Below are positions 8,669-19,124 of a stretch of DNA of 64,000 nt, in pieces. Made by a program: the position numbers and the translations under genes. The stretch lies in NCBI GenBank assembly GCA_030425185.1, contig JAUIAU010000011.1:114-64113 (forward strand), written 5' to 3'. The notes below the pieces were generated by a model. The model had not been told where the DNA came from. It worked only from the letters and a program-made list of their open reading frames with translations, and made no database searches. The DNA comes from Alphaproteobacteria bacterium. Its GTDB lineage: Bacteria; Pseudomonadota; Alphaproteobacteria; Rhodobacterales; Rhodobacteraceae. The stretch's first letter is position 1. Every line of letters starts with the position of its first letter.

Positions 8669-9213
8669 CGCCCCCCACGCGCGCGGACCCAGTCCCCAAG
8701 CCGTCTGCGCAGGCGGCTCGGACGCCGCAGCGCCCTGTCGCATCCCCAGCCCAGCAGGGCGCCGGCCACGACCTGCAGCAGGTCGTGCCAGCCGCTGGCA
8801 ATCCGGCTTGCCCCCGTTACGCCCGCTGCCAGCAGGACCACGCCCTGCGCCACCGGATGCCCCACAAGGCAGGTCTGGACCAGCGACGAGGCCCCGAAGA
8901 CCGCGGTGGCGGTATGCCCGGACGGGAACCCCTGGAGGCCGCCGTTCGGGCGCTCGTTGATCGGCGTGTCGCCCAGCGCCTGCTTGGTGCCGTGCAACGC
9001 CGTGAGCATGACAAGGTAGCGGACAAGGTACTCCGGCCCCGAGCCGTTCATCGCCTCGCACCCCCAGGCCAGCAGCGGCAGCGCGATCTGGAAGCGGGAG
9101 CCGATCTTCTCAGCCGCGGGCTCGTGCGGGCCGAGCGCGACGATCACCGCGAGGACCGCCAGGAGGGCCCGGACGCGCCAGATCATCGGAAGTCTCGGAA
9201 ACCGCACGCTCAC
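8665..9213 (-). CDS. PAP2-family membrane phosphatase (LpxE-like); start GTG 9213 or ATG 9186
   Basis: K..NERP, GFPSGHT and SRIASGWH motifs of the PAP2 catalytic triad; hydrophobic segments. Confidence 0.82.
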   Translation of the reverse strand: MSVRFPRLPMIWRVRALLAVLAVIVALGPHEPAAEKIGSRFQIALPLLAWGCEAMNGSGPEYLVRYLVMLTALHGTKQALGDTPINERPNGGLQGFPSGHTATAVFGASSLVQTCLVGHPVAQGVVLLAAGVTGASRIASGWHDLLQVVAGALLGWGCDRALRRPSRLRRRLGDWVRARGGR

Positions 9214-9280
9214 CTCGGCCCTCACATGCCCCACCGGTGCCGGAAGAAGACCGCGTCGTAGGGAATAATGCAAACAGGGT

Positions 9281-9295
9281 GCGGCATTAGTGCGC
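9281..9295 (+). promoter_or_regulatory. Possible RegA/PrrA binding site upstream of petABC
   Basis: GCGGCATTAGTGCGC matches the RegA consensus GYGSSRNNWWNNCRC with one mismatch; ~120 bp upstream of petA. Confidence 0.35.
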
Positions 9296-9413
9296 GTCTT
9301 TGTCGGCTGGACCCCTTTGGTCGTCCCTCTATAACGAAGCGCAAGCCGGAAAGGGGGAATCCCGCTCCGGTCCTCGTTGTTCCGTCAGCGCCCAAGATAG
9401 AGGAGACAGTCCC

Positions 9414-9974
9414 GTGTCCCACGCTGAAGACACTCAAGGCACCCGCCGTGACTTCCTGTACTACGCGACGGCCGGGGCGGGAGCCGTCACCGCCGGTGCC
9501 GCCGTCTGGCCGCTGGTCAATCAGATGAACCCCTCCGCCGACGTTCAGGCCGCCTCGACGCTTCGCGTCGACGTGTCCGCGGTCGAGCGTGGCACCCAGC
9601 TCACCGTCCTCTTCCTCGGCAAGCCGGTGTTCATCCGCCGCCGCACCGACGACGAGATCGCCGCAGGCCGGGCCGTCGAACTGTCCGAGCTGATCGACAC
9701 CAGCGCCCGCAACGCGAACCTGGAAGGCGCCGACGCGACCGACCAGAACCGCACGATGGACGAAGCCGGCGAATGGCTGCTGATGAGCGGCGTCTGCACC
9801 CACCTCGGCTGCGTCCCGCTCGGGGACGGTGCCGGTGACTTCGGCGGCTGGTTCTGCCCCTGCCACGGCTCGCACTACGACACCGCGGGCCGCATCCGGA
9901 AGGGACCGGCGCCGGAGAACCTGCACATTCCGACCGCGGAATTCGTCGACGAAACCACCATTCTGCTCGGCTAA
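9414..9974 (+). CDS. petA: Ubiquinol-cytochrome c reductase Rieske iron-sulfur subunit
   Basis: GTG start after AGAGGAGA SD. Tat motif RRDFL, CTHLGC and CPCHGS Rieske boxes. Confidence 0.97.
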   Translation: MSHAEDTQGTRRDFLYYATAGAGAVTAGAAVWPLVNQMNPSADVQAASTLRVDVSAVERGTQLTVLFLGKPVFIRRRTDDEIAAGRAVELSELIDTSARNANLEGADATDQNRTMDEAGEWLLMSGVCTHLGCVPLGDGAGDFGGWFCPCHGSHYDTAGRIRKGPAPENLHIPTAEFVDETTILLG

Positions 9975-9991
9975 CAGGGAGGCAACGACCC

Positions 9992-11335
9992 ATGTCCGGG
10001 ATTCCCCACGATCACTACGAGCCGAAGTCCGGCTTCGAAAAGTGGCTGCACGTCCGCCTTCCGGTCGTCGGCCTGCTGTACGACACCATCATGATCCCCA
10101 CGCCCAAGAACCTGAACTGGATGTGGATCTGGGGCATCATCCTGACCTTCTGCCTCGCGCTGCAGATCATCACCGGGGTCATCCTGGTCATGCACTACAC
10201 GCCGCATGTCGACATGGCCTTCGCCTCGGTCGAGCACATAATGCGCAACGTGAACGGCGGTTACATGATCCGCTACCTGCACGCGAACGGCGCATCGCTG
10301 TTCTTCGTGGCGGTCTACCTGCACATCTTCCGCGGCCTCTACTACGGGTCCTACAAGGCCCCGCGCGAGGTCACCTGGATCATCGGCATGCTGATCTTCG
10401 TGCTGATGATGGGCACCGCGTTCATGGGCTACGTCCTGCCCTGGGGCCAGATGTCCTTCTGGGGCGCGACCGTGATCACCGGCCTGTTCGGCGCGATCCC
10501 GTTCGTCGGTGAGGCGATCCAGACCTGGCTGCTCGGCGGCCCGGCGGTGGACAACGCCACGCTGAACCGCTTCCTGTCGCTGCACTACCTGCTGCCCTTC
10601 GTGATCGCCGCGCTGGTGATGGTCCACATCTGGGCCTTCCACACCACCGGCAACAACAACCCCACCGGGGTCGAAGTGCGCCGCACCTCGAAGGAAGAGG
10701 CCGAGCGCGACACCCTGCCGTTCTGGCCGTACTTCGTGATGAAGGACCTGTTCGCCCTCGGGCTCGTCATGGTCATCTTCTTCGCGATCGTCGGCTACAT
10801 GCCGAACTACCTGGGCCACCCCGACAACTACATCGAGGCCAACCCGCTGAAGACCCCCGCACACATCGTGCCCGAATGGTACTTCCTGCCGTTCTACGCG
10901 ATCCTGCGCGCCTTCACCGCGGACGTCTGGGTCGTTCAGCTGACCAGCTTCATCACCGGCGGCATCGTCGATGCGAAGTTCTTCGGCGTGATCGCGATGT
11001 TCGGCGCGATCGTCGTGATGGCGCTCGCCCCGTGGCTCGACACCTCGTCGGTCCGCTCGGGCCGCTACCGTCCGATGTTCAAGTGGTGGTTCGCCCTGCT
11101 GGTGGTCGACTTCATCGTCCTGATGTGGGTCGGCGCAATGCCCGCCGAAGGCATCTACCCCTACATCTCGCTCATCGGGTCGGCCTACTGGTTCGCCTAC
11201 TTCCTGATCATCCTGCCGTTGCTCGGCGTGATCGAGAAGCCGCTGCCGCAGCCGGCGACCATCGAGGACGACTTCAACGCTCACTACGGTTCGGCCAAGT
11301 CGGGGGCGACCCCGGTTGCCAACCCGGCCGAGTGA
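9992..11335 (+). CDS. petB: Cytochrome b
   Basis: Heme-ligand His motifs ([23 protein letters not shown]), PEWY motif. Confidence 0.98.
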   Translation: MSGIPHDHYEPKSGFEKWLHVRLPVVGLLYDTIMIPTPKNLNWMWIWGIILTFCLALQIITGVILVMHYTPHVDMAFASVEHIMRNVNGGYMIRYLHANGASLFFVAVYLHIFRGLYYGSYKAPREVTWIIGMLIFVLMMGTAFMGYVLPWGQMSFWGATVITGLFGAIPFVGEAIQTWLLGGPAVDNATLNRFLSLHYLLPFVIAALVMVHIWAFHTTGNNNPTGVEVRRTSKEEAERDTLPFWPYFVMKDLFALGLVMVIFFAIVGYMPNYLGHPDNYIEANPLKTPAHIVPEWYFLPFYAILRAFTADVWVVQLTSFITGGIVDAKFFGVIAMFGAIVVMALAPWLDTSSVRSGRYRPMFKWWFALLVVDFIVLMWVGAMPAEGIYPYISLIGSAYWFAYFLIILPLLGVIEKPLPQPATIEDDFNAHYGSAKSGATPVANPAE

Positions 11336-11353
11336 GAGAGAGGATCTGATACA

Positions 11354-12154
11354 ATGTTCAAGAAGATCGCACTCATCGCCGCGACCACGCTGTCCCTTTC
11401 GGGCGGCGCGGCCCTCGCAGCGGGCGCGGAAGGGCATATCGAGGACTTCGCCTTCTCGTTCGAAGGCCCCTTCGGCAAGTACGACACGAACCAGCTGCAG
11501 CGCGGCCTTCAGGTCTACACCGAGGTCTGCGCCGCCTGCCACGGTCTGAAGTACGTGCCGCTGCGGACGCTGGCGGACCCCGGCGGCCCGGAAATCCCGG
11601 AGAACCAGGTCCGGGCCTTTGCCGCACAGTTCGACATCTACGACCCGGCGCTCGACGACTACCGGCCCCGCACCCCGAAGGATCACTTCCCGGAGTCGGG
11701 TCTCGAGAACGCGCCGGACCTGTCGCTGATGGCGAAGTCGCGCGCGGGCTTCCACGGCCCCTACGGCCTCGGGATCAACCAGCTCGTCAAGGGCATGGGC
11801 GGCGCCGAGTACATCGCCTCGATCCTCACCGGCTATACCGGGAACGACAAGGAAGAGTTCGGCACCGTGTTCTACGAGAACACCGCCTTCCCTGGCGGCT
11901 GGATCGCGATGCCGCAGCCGCTGTGGGGCGATGACGTCGTCTACGAGGATGGGCACTCGACCGAGCTCGAGCATGTCGCCGAGGACGTCTCCGCCTTCCT
12001 GATGTGGGCGGCGGAGCCGAAGCTCAACCAGCGCAAACAGGCCGGCTTCACTGCCGTGTTCTTCCTGACCGTGCTGACCGTGCTGCTCTACCTGACCAAC
12101 AAGCGCATCTGGGCGCCGGTCAAGGCCCGCGCCAAGGGCAAACCGGCCGAGTAA
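11354..12154 (+). CDS. petC: Cytochrome c1
   Basis: Signal peptide, CAACH heme motif, AMPQPL, C-terminal TM anchor. Confidence 0.97.
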   Translation: MFKKIALIAATTLSLSGGAALAAGAEGHIEDFAFSFEGPFGKYDTNQLQRGLQVYTEVCAACHGLKYVPLRTLADPGGPEIPENQVRAFAAQFDIYDPALDDYRPRTPKDHFPESGLENAPDLSLMAKSRAGFHGPYGLGINQLVKGMGGAEYIASILTGYTGNDKEEFGTVFYENTAFPGGWIAMPQPLWGDDVVYEDGHSTELEHVAEDVSAFLMWAAEPKLNQRKQAGFTAVFFLTVLTVLLYLTNKRIWAPVKARAKGKPAE

Positions 12155-12176
12155 GCTTCGACCGGACAAGACATCG

Positions 12177-12202
12177 AAACGCGCCCTTCGGGGCGCGTTT
12201 TT
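12177..12202 (+). terminator. Intrinsic terminator of petABC (likely bidirectional with thiQ)
   Basis: AAACGCGCCC-TTCG-GGGCGCGTTT hairpin followed by T residues. Confidence 0.85.
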
Positions 12203-12206
12203 CGTT

Positions 12207-12908
12207 TCAGCTCCGGGTTCCTAGATAGGCCGCGAGCCGGGGCGACGGGGCCGCGAAGACCTGCTCGGTCGGTCGGGGCGGGTCTGCAACCCCGTCGTCG
12301 ACGAACACCACCTGATCGGCCGCGTGCCTCGCATCCGCCGGATCATGCGTCACCATCAGCAGCGTCGCCCCGGTCTCGGCCACGATCTCGGCCACAAGGG
12401 ACAGCATCTCGGCCTTCAGGCCGGGGCCCAGCGCGGCGAACGGCTCGTCCAGCAACAGGAGCGGACGCTGCCGCAACAGCGCGCGGGCGAGCGCGGTCCG
12501 GCTGGCCTGCCCGCCCGACACCTGGGCCGGACGGCGCCCGCCCAGCCCGCCGAGGCCGACCCGCTCCAACGCCGCCTCGACCCGCTCCCGCGAGGTACGG
12601 TCCAGCCTCAGCGAGGGGGACAGGCCAAGCGCCACGTTCTGCGCCAGCGTCAGATGCGGAAAGAGGTTCTGGTCCTGGAACAGGATCGTCAGCGGCCGCT
12701 CCCCCGGGTCGAGTGCGCCGAGGTCCTGACCGGCCCAGCTGAGCCGACCGCCAGCCAGCGGAACGAACCCGGCAATCGCGTTGAGCAACGTCGACTTGCC
12801 CGCCCCGGAGGGTCCGATCACGGCCACCCGGCCCCCCGCCGGTATCTGCCACGCCGCGCGCAGCGTGAACGTATCCTGCCGGATCACGACGTCGTCACAG
12901 ACCAGCAC
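12207..12908 (-). CDS. thiQ: Thiamine ABC transporter ATP-binding protein
   Basis: GPSGAGKST Walker A, VSGGQ signature, LLLDEP Walker B; downstream of thiB-thiP. Confidence 0.92.
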   Translation of the reverse strand: MLVCDDVVIRQDTFTLRAAWQIPAGGRVAVIGPSGAGKSTLLNAIAGFVPLAGGRLSWAGQDLGALDPGERPLTILFQDQNLFPHLTLAQNVALGLSPSLRLDRTSRERVEAALERVGLGGLGGRRPAQVSGGQASRTALARALLRQRPLLLLDEPFAALGPGLKAEMLSLVAEIVAETGATLLMVTHDPADARHAADQVVFVDDGVADPPRPTEQVFAAPSPRLAAYLGTRS

Positions 12909-14454
12909 GGCCGCGCCCTCCCCTGTCGAAGATCCAGAACACCGCCAGGGTCAGGCCCAGCAACACCAGCGCGGCCCCGGCGGCCTCGGTCAGCCGATAG
13001 GCCCCCATCAGCCGGAACAGGGCCAGCGGCAAGGTCTCGCGCGCGCCGTCGGCGAACAGGGTAATCACCCCGAGATCGCCGATCGACAGCGCCGCCGCCA
13101 GTCCCGCACCGAAGCCCAGCGGCCCCCGCACGCGCGGCAGAACAACAAGGCGCAACCAATCCGCCCGCCCCATCCCGAGCGAGGCCGCGAGCCGTCCGTA
13201 CCCCGCGTTGACCTCTTGGATCGCGGGCACGAGCGCCCGCAGCACGAAGGGCAGCGACAGCAGCGCGTTGACAAGCGCCGTGACCGGCAGGGCCATCAGC
13301 CGGGGATCCACCAGCGGCAGCACGATCAGGAACAGCCCGAGACCCAGCACCAGCGGCGAGACGGCGATAGACAGGTTCGCCGCGACTTCGACCCACAGGG
13401 CGCGTGCCCCCGCCAGCCGGAAGGCCAGCGGCACGGCCAGCGCCAGCGTGACCGCGACGGACCCGAGGGCCACCGCCAGAGACCGCAGCGCCGCCGCCCA
13501 GACCGTATCCGGCAGAAGAACGAGACCGGGCAGACCATCCACGACCAGCATCGTCAGCGGCAACAGCAGGAACCCGAGGACCGATCCGATCACGACCGTG
13601 TCCTGCAAGCGCGCCAGCGTGCCGCGTGGCGGGCGCAGCACCGCGCACCGGTCGAGCCCGGTGCCCGCCCCCACGGGCAACGGAGCCAGCCTCAGCGCCA
13701 GCACAGCGGCCACGCAGAGCGCCACCTGCACCCCCGCCAGCATGGCCGCCCGTCCAAGATCGAAGTCGAAGCGGAATGCCTGGTAGATCGCCAGTTCCAC
13801 CGTGGTGGCGCGCGGTCCGCCACCGAGGGTCAGCGCCACCGCAAAGCTCGTCGTACATATCAGGAAGACGACCAACAGCGCCCCCGGCACGACCCGGGCC
13901 AGCATCGGCAGTTCCACATGGCGGAACATCTCGCGCGGGCCGAAGCCCAGCGACTCGGACAGTCGCAGCCGCTCGGCGGGAATGCCCTGCCAGCCCTGCA
14001 GCAACAGCCGGGTCACGAGCGGCAGGTTGAAGAACACGTGCCCCAGCACGACCCCGTGAAAGCCGTAGATCTGAAGCGGCGGAAGGCCCAGAAGCGCCAG
14101 GCCCTGCGAGACCAGCCCGTTGCGACCGAAGACCGCCAGCAACCCCATTACGGCCACCAGTGTCGGCAGAAGGAAGGGCGCCCCGAGCAGCGTGATCGCC
14201 AGACCGCGCCCCGGAAACCGCCGCCGCATCAGCGCCCGGGCGGCCGGAACCGCCAGCGCAACCGAAAGCACTGCCGACAGCGCCGCCTGCGTGACGGTGA
14301 ACCGGATCGCGGCCCAGTCGCCCGGACCCAGCCCGGCGCTGTCACCCGCCCGCAGGGCCACCGCCAGCAGCGGCCCGGCCATGAGCGCGAGGCACAGGGC
14401 GGCGGCAATCCCGCCGCCTCCGCCCCGGATCAGCGGCTCAGCGCGGCCAGCCAT
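12895..14454 (-). CDS. thiP: Thiamine ABC transporter permease
   Basis: Two-repeat permease; GHVFFNLPLVTRLL, GGGPRATTVELAIYQA, SIGDLGVI motifs. Confidence 0.92.
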   Translation of the reverse strand: MAGRAEPLIRGGGGGIAAALCLALMAGPLLAVALRAGDSAGLGPGDWAAIRFTVTQAALSAVLSVALAVPAARALMRRRFPGRGLAITLLGAPFLLPTLVAVMGLLAVFGRNGLVSQGLALLGLPPLQIYGFHGVVLGHVFFNLPLVTRLLLQGWQGIPAERLRLSESLGFGPREMFRHVELPMLARVVPGALLVVFLICTTSFAVALTLGGGPRATTVELAIYQAFRFDFDLGRAAMLAGVQVALCVAAVLALRLAPLPVGAGTGLDRCAVLRPPRGTLARLQDTVVIGSVLGFLLLPLTMLVVDGLPGLVLLPDTVWAAALRSLAVALGSVAVTLALAVPLAFRLAGARALWVEVAANLSIAVSPLVLGLGLFLIVLPLVDPRLMALPVTALVNALLSLPFVLRALVPAIQEVNAGYGRLAASLGMGRADWLRLVVLPRVRGPLGFGAGLAAALSIGDLGVITLFADGARETLPLALFRLMGAYRLTEAAGAALVLLGLTLAVFWIFDRGGRGRAGL

Positions 14455-15428
14455 TCGTTCAACGCCGGATCCCGCATCTTGGCCGCTTCGCCGGGCGCAT
14501 AGAGCAGCGCTGTCTCCGGCGCGATCAGGGTCTCGAACCCGTCCGGCAGACCGCCCTCCGGCGTGACGGCCGGATACATCCAGTTGGTCGTCGGGATCAC
14601 GGACTGGAACGCATCGGTCAGCATGAAGCGCAGGAAATCCTGCGCCAGGTCCAGTTGGTCGCTCGACGCGATGGCCCCGGCAACCTCGACCTGCAGATAG
14701 TGCCCTTCCTCGAACGCGGCAGCGGCATAACCGGCGTCCCCTTCGGCGATCAGGTGATAGGCGGGCGAGGTGGTGTAGCTGAGAACCATGTCAGCCTCGC
14801 CCTCGACGAACAGGCCGTAAGCCTCCGACCAGCCCTTCGTGACGGTCAGAATATGCGGCGCCAGTCCCTCCCAGATTTCCGGGGCCCGGTCGCCGTAGGC
14901 CGCCTTGACCCACAGCAGCAGGCCAAGACCGGGGGTGGACGAGCGCGGGTCCTGAATGACGATCTTCACGTCTTCCGGCAACGCGATCAGCTCTTCGAAA
15001 CTGCGCGGGACCTGCGCCATGTCCGCCCGGTGGACGAAGGCGAAGTAGCCCCAGTCGTAGGGCAGAAACATGTCGTCGTCCCATCCCACCGGCAGGTCGA
15101 GGGATGGCGCTTCCAGGTCGTGCCGGGCGAACAGGCCGGTCTTCGCGGCCGCATCGGTCAGGTTGGTGTCGAGGCCGAGCACCACGTCGGCCCCGGTGCG
15201 GGCGCCTTCCAGGCGCAGGCGGCCGAGCAGCGCCGCACCGTCGCCCGCCGCCACCCATTGCAGGTCGCAGCCGCATCGGGCTTCGAACGCGGTCTCGATC
15301 GCAGGGCCCGGGCCCCAGTCAGCGACGAAGCTGTCGTAGGTGTAGACGGTGAGAACGGGTGTGTCCGCCATGACCACGCCGGTGGTCAGGGTCAGGGCAA
15401 GTCCCGTAGCGATGAAGTGGGTCTTCAT
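14430..15428 (-). CDS. thiB: Thiamine ABC transporter substrate-binding protein
   Basis: Signal peptide, YTYDSF..DWGPGP, DPRSSTPGLG, GWSEAY, SYTTSPAYH; directly downstream of the TPP riboswitch. Confidence 0.94.
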   Translation of the reverse strand: MKTHFIATGLALTLTTGVVMADTPVLTVYTYDSFVADWGPGPAIETAFEARCGCDLQWVAAGDGAALLGRLRLEGARTGADVVLGLDTNLTDAAAKTGLFARHDLEAPSLDLPVGWDDDMFLPYDWGYFAFVHRADMAQVPRSFEELIALPEDVKIVIQDPRSSTPGLGLLLWVKAAYGDRAPEIWEGLAPHILTVTKGWSEAYGLFVEGEADMVLSYTTSPAYHLIAEGDAGYAAAAFEEGHYLQVEVAGAIASSDQLDLAQDFLRFMLTDAFQSVIPTTNWMYPAVTPEGGLPDGFETLIAPETALLYAPGEAAKMRDPALNEWLAALSR

Positions 15429-15473
15429 GACGATCCTCCATGGCGACGGGCGAAGCGAAGCCGAGGAGTTCTC

Positions 15474-15560
15474 GTACCTTCCCTCCGCCGGTCTTAACCG
15501 GTTCAGGTTCAACGGGTCCGCTTGCGCATCTCAGCCCCTGATGGGGCACCCCGAGGTGAA
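15474..15560 (-). ncRNA. TPP (THI-box) riboswitch
   Basis: Minus strand GGGGTGCCCC..GGGCTGAGA..GACCCGTTGAACCTGAACCGGTTAAGACCGGCGGAGGGAAG contains the conserved CTGAGA, ACCTGA and GGGAA elements; lies upstream of thiB. Confidence 0.95.
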
Positions 15561-15654
15561 GGCGACGCTAACCGGGGCTCCGGGGCGCTGCAAGGGGGAA
15601 ACCGCTTGAGGCGCGGCAGGCCCGCCGCTAGACCGCCTGCGAAGGAGACCGCCG

Positions 15655-16758
15655 ATGAGCCTGAACAGTTTCGGACACCTCTTCCGCGTCACGACCTGGG
15701 GCGAAAGCCACGGCCCGGCCCTCGGGGCGACGGTCGACGGCTGCCCTCCGGGTGTCCCGGTCGAGGCGTCGGCCCTCCAGCATTGGCTCGACCGGCGGAA
15801 GCCGGGCCAGAACAAGTACACCACCCAGCGGCGCGAGCCCGACGAGGTCGAGATCCTGTCGGGCGTCTTCGAGGGCGTGTCGACCGGCACCCCGATCCAG
15901 CTGATGATCCGCAACACCGATCAACGGTCCAAGGATTACGGCGAGATCGCCGAGAGCTTTCGCCCGGGCCATGCCGACATCACCTACTGGCAGAAGTACG
16001 GGATCCGCGACTATCGCGGCGGCGGGCGGTCGAGCGCGCGCGAAACCGCCGCGCGGGTTGCGGCCGGCGGGATCGCCCGCGCCGCGCTGGCGACACTGGT
16101 CCCGGAGCTGTCGATCACAGGCTACATGGTCCAGATGGGCCCGCGCAGCATAGACCGGTCCCGCCTCGACCTGGCCCAGGTCGAGCAGAACCCGTTCTGG
16201 TGCCCGGATGCCGACACCGCCGCGCTGTGGGCCGAGGACCTGGATGCCCTGCGCAAGTCCGGCAATTCGGTCGGCGCGGTGATCGAGGTTGTCGCCAAGG
16301 GGGCGCCGGCCGGCCTGGGCGCGCCGATCTATGGCAAGCTCGACACCGACCTCGCGGCCGCGATGATGTCGATCAACGCCGTGAAGGGGGTCGAGATCGG
16401 CGCCGGGATGGCCGCCGCGATGCTGACGGGGATAGAGAACGCCGACGAGATCACCATGGGGCCGGATGGCCCGGAATATTCGTCGAACCACGCCGGGGGG
16501 ATCCTCGGGGGGATCTCGACCGGGCAGGAGATCGTCGTGCGCTTCGCGGTGAAGCCCACGTCCTCGATCCTGACACCCCGGCGAACGATCCGAAAGGACG
16601 GCACGCCGGTCGACCTGGTCACCAAGGGCCGCCATGACCCCTGTGTCGGCATTCGCGCCGTGCCGGTGGGCGAGGCTATGATGGCATGCGTGCTGCTCGA
16701 CCACCTGCTGCTGCATCGCGGGCAGGTCGGAGAGGGCTTGCGCGGGCGCATCGGCTGA
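15655..16758 (+). CDS. aroC: Chorismate synthase
   Basis: [28 protein letters not shown] signatures. Confidence 0.97.
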   Translation: MSLNSFGHLFRVTTWGESHGPALGATVDGCPPGVPVEASALQHWLDRRKPGQNKYTTQRREPDEVEILSGVFEGVSTGTPIQLMIRNTDQRSKDYGEIAESFRPGHADITYWQKYGIRDYRGGGRSSARETAARVAAGGIARAALATLVPELSITGYMVQMGPRSIDRSRLDLAQVEQNPFWCPDADTAALWAEDLDALRKSGNSVGAVIEVVAKGAPAGLGAPIYGKLDTDLAAAMMSINAVKGVEIGAGMAAAMLTGIENADEITMGPDGPEYSSNHAGGILGGISTGQEIVVRFAVKPTSSILTPRRTIRKDGTPVDLVTKGRHDPCVGIRAVPVGEAMMACVLLDHLLLHRGQVGEGLRGRIG

Positions 16759-16930
16759 CCCGGCGCAAGAACCGCAAGTTTCCGACAAAGTTTCGGCATT
16801 TTCGCGTGTTTGGCTGAGCCACGGGTAGACTGCGGGACCAGCCATGCCACGCCACGAGACCAGACAGACCTTTCCGGGACCCTTACCGGCCGAGCACGGA
16901 TCGTGCCCGACCGACGACAGGCCTGCCACA

Positions 16931-17686
16931 ATGGCCGGTCTCCGGCGGTTCATCCGGGCGGAAGACGGTGCGGTGACCATCGACTGGACGGTGCTGACCG
17001 CCAGCCTCGTCGGGCTCGGCCTCGCCGGGAGTGCTGCGGTCATCCTCGGGACCGGCGATCTTTCGGGCGACGTGGACGCCTTCCTGCGCGATCAGGAGGT
17101 CAGCGACGGCTTCCGCACAACGCTGTCGCGGCTCATCAGTTTCGACGACTTCGAGAACGGGCAGGCACCTGGTTGGAGCGTGCCGAACATCGACTCCACG
17201 GACCCGGACTTCACCGCGATCCTCGGGCGTTTCGGCGGCACCGGCGGGCAGCAGATGGTGCACAAGACCTTCGATCTCGACCCGGATGCGGGCTTCGCGG
17301 TGCTCGAATTCGACATGCATGCCATCGATACCTGGGACATGGAGAACATGTTCGTCTTCCTGAACGACGAGGTGGTGTCGCAGCGCAATTTCTCGACCCA
17401 CGGGCTCGATCCGGGTCGCCAGGTCGCGGTGAACACCGAAAACCCGGACGTCCAGGTGTCCTACGAGGTGACGCGCCCCGCCGGCGAATACGGCTTCTGG
17501 GAGCGCGGCAACACCTCCAGCTACGACGAGACCGTGACCGTGCGGATGGTGGTCGCCAACCCCGGCGACCAGGTCAAGCTTGGCTTCGGATCGTCGCTGA
17601 ACCAGCCCGTCTCGGACGAAAGCTGGGCGATCGACAACGTTCGCGTCACCTCGACCAACGATCCCGAAGGCGCGCCAAACAGCTGA
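16931..17686 (+). CDS. Flp/Tad pilin-like N-terminus fused to a beta-sandwich (lectin/CBM-like) domain; start 16931 or 16844
   Basis: RRFIRAEDG|AVTIDWTVLTASLVGLGLA prepilin-type motif, then an acidic beta-rich domain (FDDFENG...IDTWD...DESWAIDNVRV). Confidence 0.65.
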   Translation: MAGLRRFIRAEDGAVTIDWTVLTASLVGLGLAGSAAVILGTGDLSGDVDAFLRDQEVSDGFRTTLSRLISFDDFENGQAPGWSVPNIDSTDPDFTAILGRFGGTGGQQMVHKTFDLDPDAGFAVLEFDMHAIDTWDMENMFVFLNDEVVSQRNFSTHGLDPGRQVAVNTENPDVQVSYEVTRPAGEYGFWERGNTSSYDETVTVRMVVANPGDQVKLGFGSSLNQPVSDESWAIDNVRVTSTNDPEGAPNS

Positions 17687-17699
17687 CGCTGGCCTTGGG

Positions 17700-18575
17700 T
17701 CAGGCGGGTTTGGTCTGGCGCCGGGCCAGTTGCACCGCGAGGATGCCGAAGGTCACGATGCCCACGCCGACCACGTCGATCAGGCGCAGCTGTTCGCCCA
17801 GCAGCGCGGCCGCGACGGCCACGCCGAACACCGGGTTCAGGAAGTGAAAGGTCGCCGCGCGGGTTGCCCCGATCCGCCCGACCAGCGCGAACCAGATCCA
17901 TGTCGCCGCAAGGCCCGGCACGAGGGTGGTGTAGACGAACGCGCCTAGAAGCTGCCACGACGGCGTGAAGGTCAGCGGCTCGGTCGCCAGCCCGATCACC
18001 GCCAAAATCGCCGAGCCGACGAACATCTGGTAGCCGACGACGACCAGCAGGTTGCCCCCGGAGGAGGCCCCGCGCACCGTCAGCGTCGCAACCGCCAGCG
18101 CGATCACGCCCACGATGCAGAAGGCGACGCCCGTCAGGTCGACCCCCTGTTCCAGCCGTGAGCCCATGATCAGCACGGCTCCCAGCACGCCCGCCATCAG
18201 GCCGACGACCCCCAGCGGCGGCAGCTTCTCGCGGAAGACCAGCCAGCTTGCCAGCGCCACGATCAGCGGCATGGTCGACGCGATGATCGCCGCGAGGCTG
18301 GCCTCGATCCACTGCATCGCCACGAAGTTCAGGCCGAGATACAGCGCGTTCTGGCAGATCCCGAAGATCAGCGTGGCGCGGGCCTGTGCCCGGGTCAGCC
18401 GAAAGCTTTGCCCGAGGGCCCAGGCGATCAGCAGCGCCAGCAGCCCCGAAATCAGGAACCGCAGGCCCAGCGTCGTGATGGGGGGCGCATAGGCGACGAT
18501 GATCCGGGCCGAGGTGAAGGCCGACGACCACGCGAACGCGAACACCAGCCCCATCGCAATGGCGCGCAGATCCAT
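17700..18575 (-). CDS. DMT/EamA family transporter
   Basis: About 10 TM helices in two repeats; AWSSAFTSARI, FLNPVFGV motifs. Confidence 0.88.
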   Translation of the reverse strand: MDLRAIAMGLVFAFAWSSAFTSARIIVAYAPPITTLGLRFLISGLLALLIAWALGQSFRLTRAQARATLIFGICQNALYLGLNFVAMQWIEASLAAIIASTMPLIVALASWLVFREKLPPLGVVGLMAGVLGAVLIMGSRLEQGVDLTGVAFCIVGVIALAVATLTVRGASSGGNLLVVVGYQMFVGSAILAVIGLATEPLTFTPSWQLLGAFVYTTLVPGLAATWIWFALVGRIGATRAATFHFLNPVFGVAVAAALLGEQLRLIDVVGVGIVTFGILAVQLARRQTKPA

Positions 18576-18647
18576 GTTGTCGTCTCCCGTCCCGATCTCT
18601 CGCCGGGACAGTTCCGGAAAACCCGGCGCGCCGCAAGTCGTTGGCCC

Positions 18648-18682
18648 GGAAAAGACAAAGGGCCGCCAGAGGCGACCCTTTT
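18648..18682 (-). terminator. Intrinsic terminator downstream of HU gene
   Basis: Minus strand GGGTCGCC-TCT-GGCGGCCC hairpin followed by TTTGTCTTTT. Confidence 0.7.
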
Positions 18683-18704
18683 CGGCATCCGCTGGCGGCG
18701 GATC

Positions 18705-18995
18705 TCAGCTGTTGACGCTGTCCTTCAGCGCCTTGGCGACGGTCATCTTCACGACCTTGTCGGCTTCCTTCTTGATCTGCTCGCCGGTCGCCGGATTGCG
18801 GACCATGCGCTCGGGGCGCTCGCGGCAGTAGACCTTGCCGATGCCCGGCAGCGTCACGGACCCGCCGTTCGAGACCTGCTCGGTGATCACGGCGGTCAGC
18901 GCATCAAGGGCGGCGTTCGCGGATTTCTTGTCGATCCCGGCGTGGTCCGCCACGGAGGCGATGAGTTGCGTCTTGGTGAGCGGCTTCTGCGCCAT
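18705..18995 (-). CDS. HU family DNA-binding protein
   Basis: TKTQLIASVA..., VTLPGIGK, RPERMVRNPATGEQI, KALKD: IHF/HU fold. Confidence 0.93.
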   Translation of the reverse strand: MAQKPLTKTQLIASVADHAGIDKKSANAALDALTAVITEQVSNGGSVTLPGIGKVYCRERPERMVRNPATGEQIKKEADKVVKMTVAKALKDSVNS

Positions 18996-19124
18996 CTGTT
19001 ATCTCCCTGTCCGTCGGGCGCGGTGGCAGCCCGGTGTGTCATTTAGATAAACAGCGGATCACGCAATGCGGCAAGCGCAAAACCGCTGTTTCCCGTGGAA
19101 AACATGGGCTTTCGGCACGTTTTT

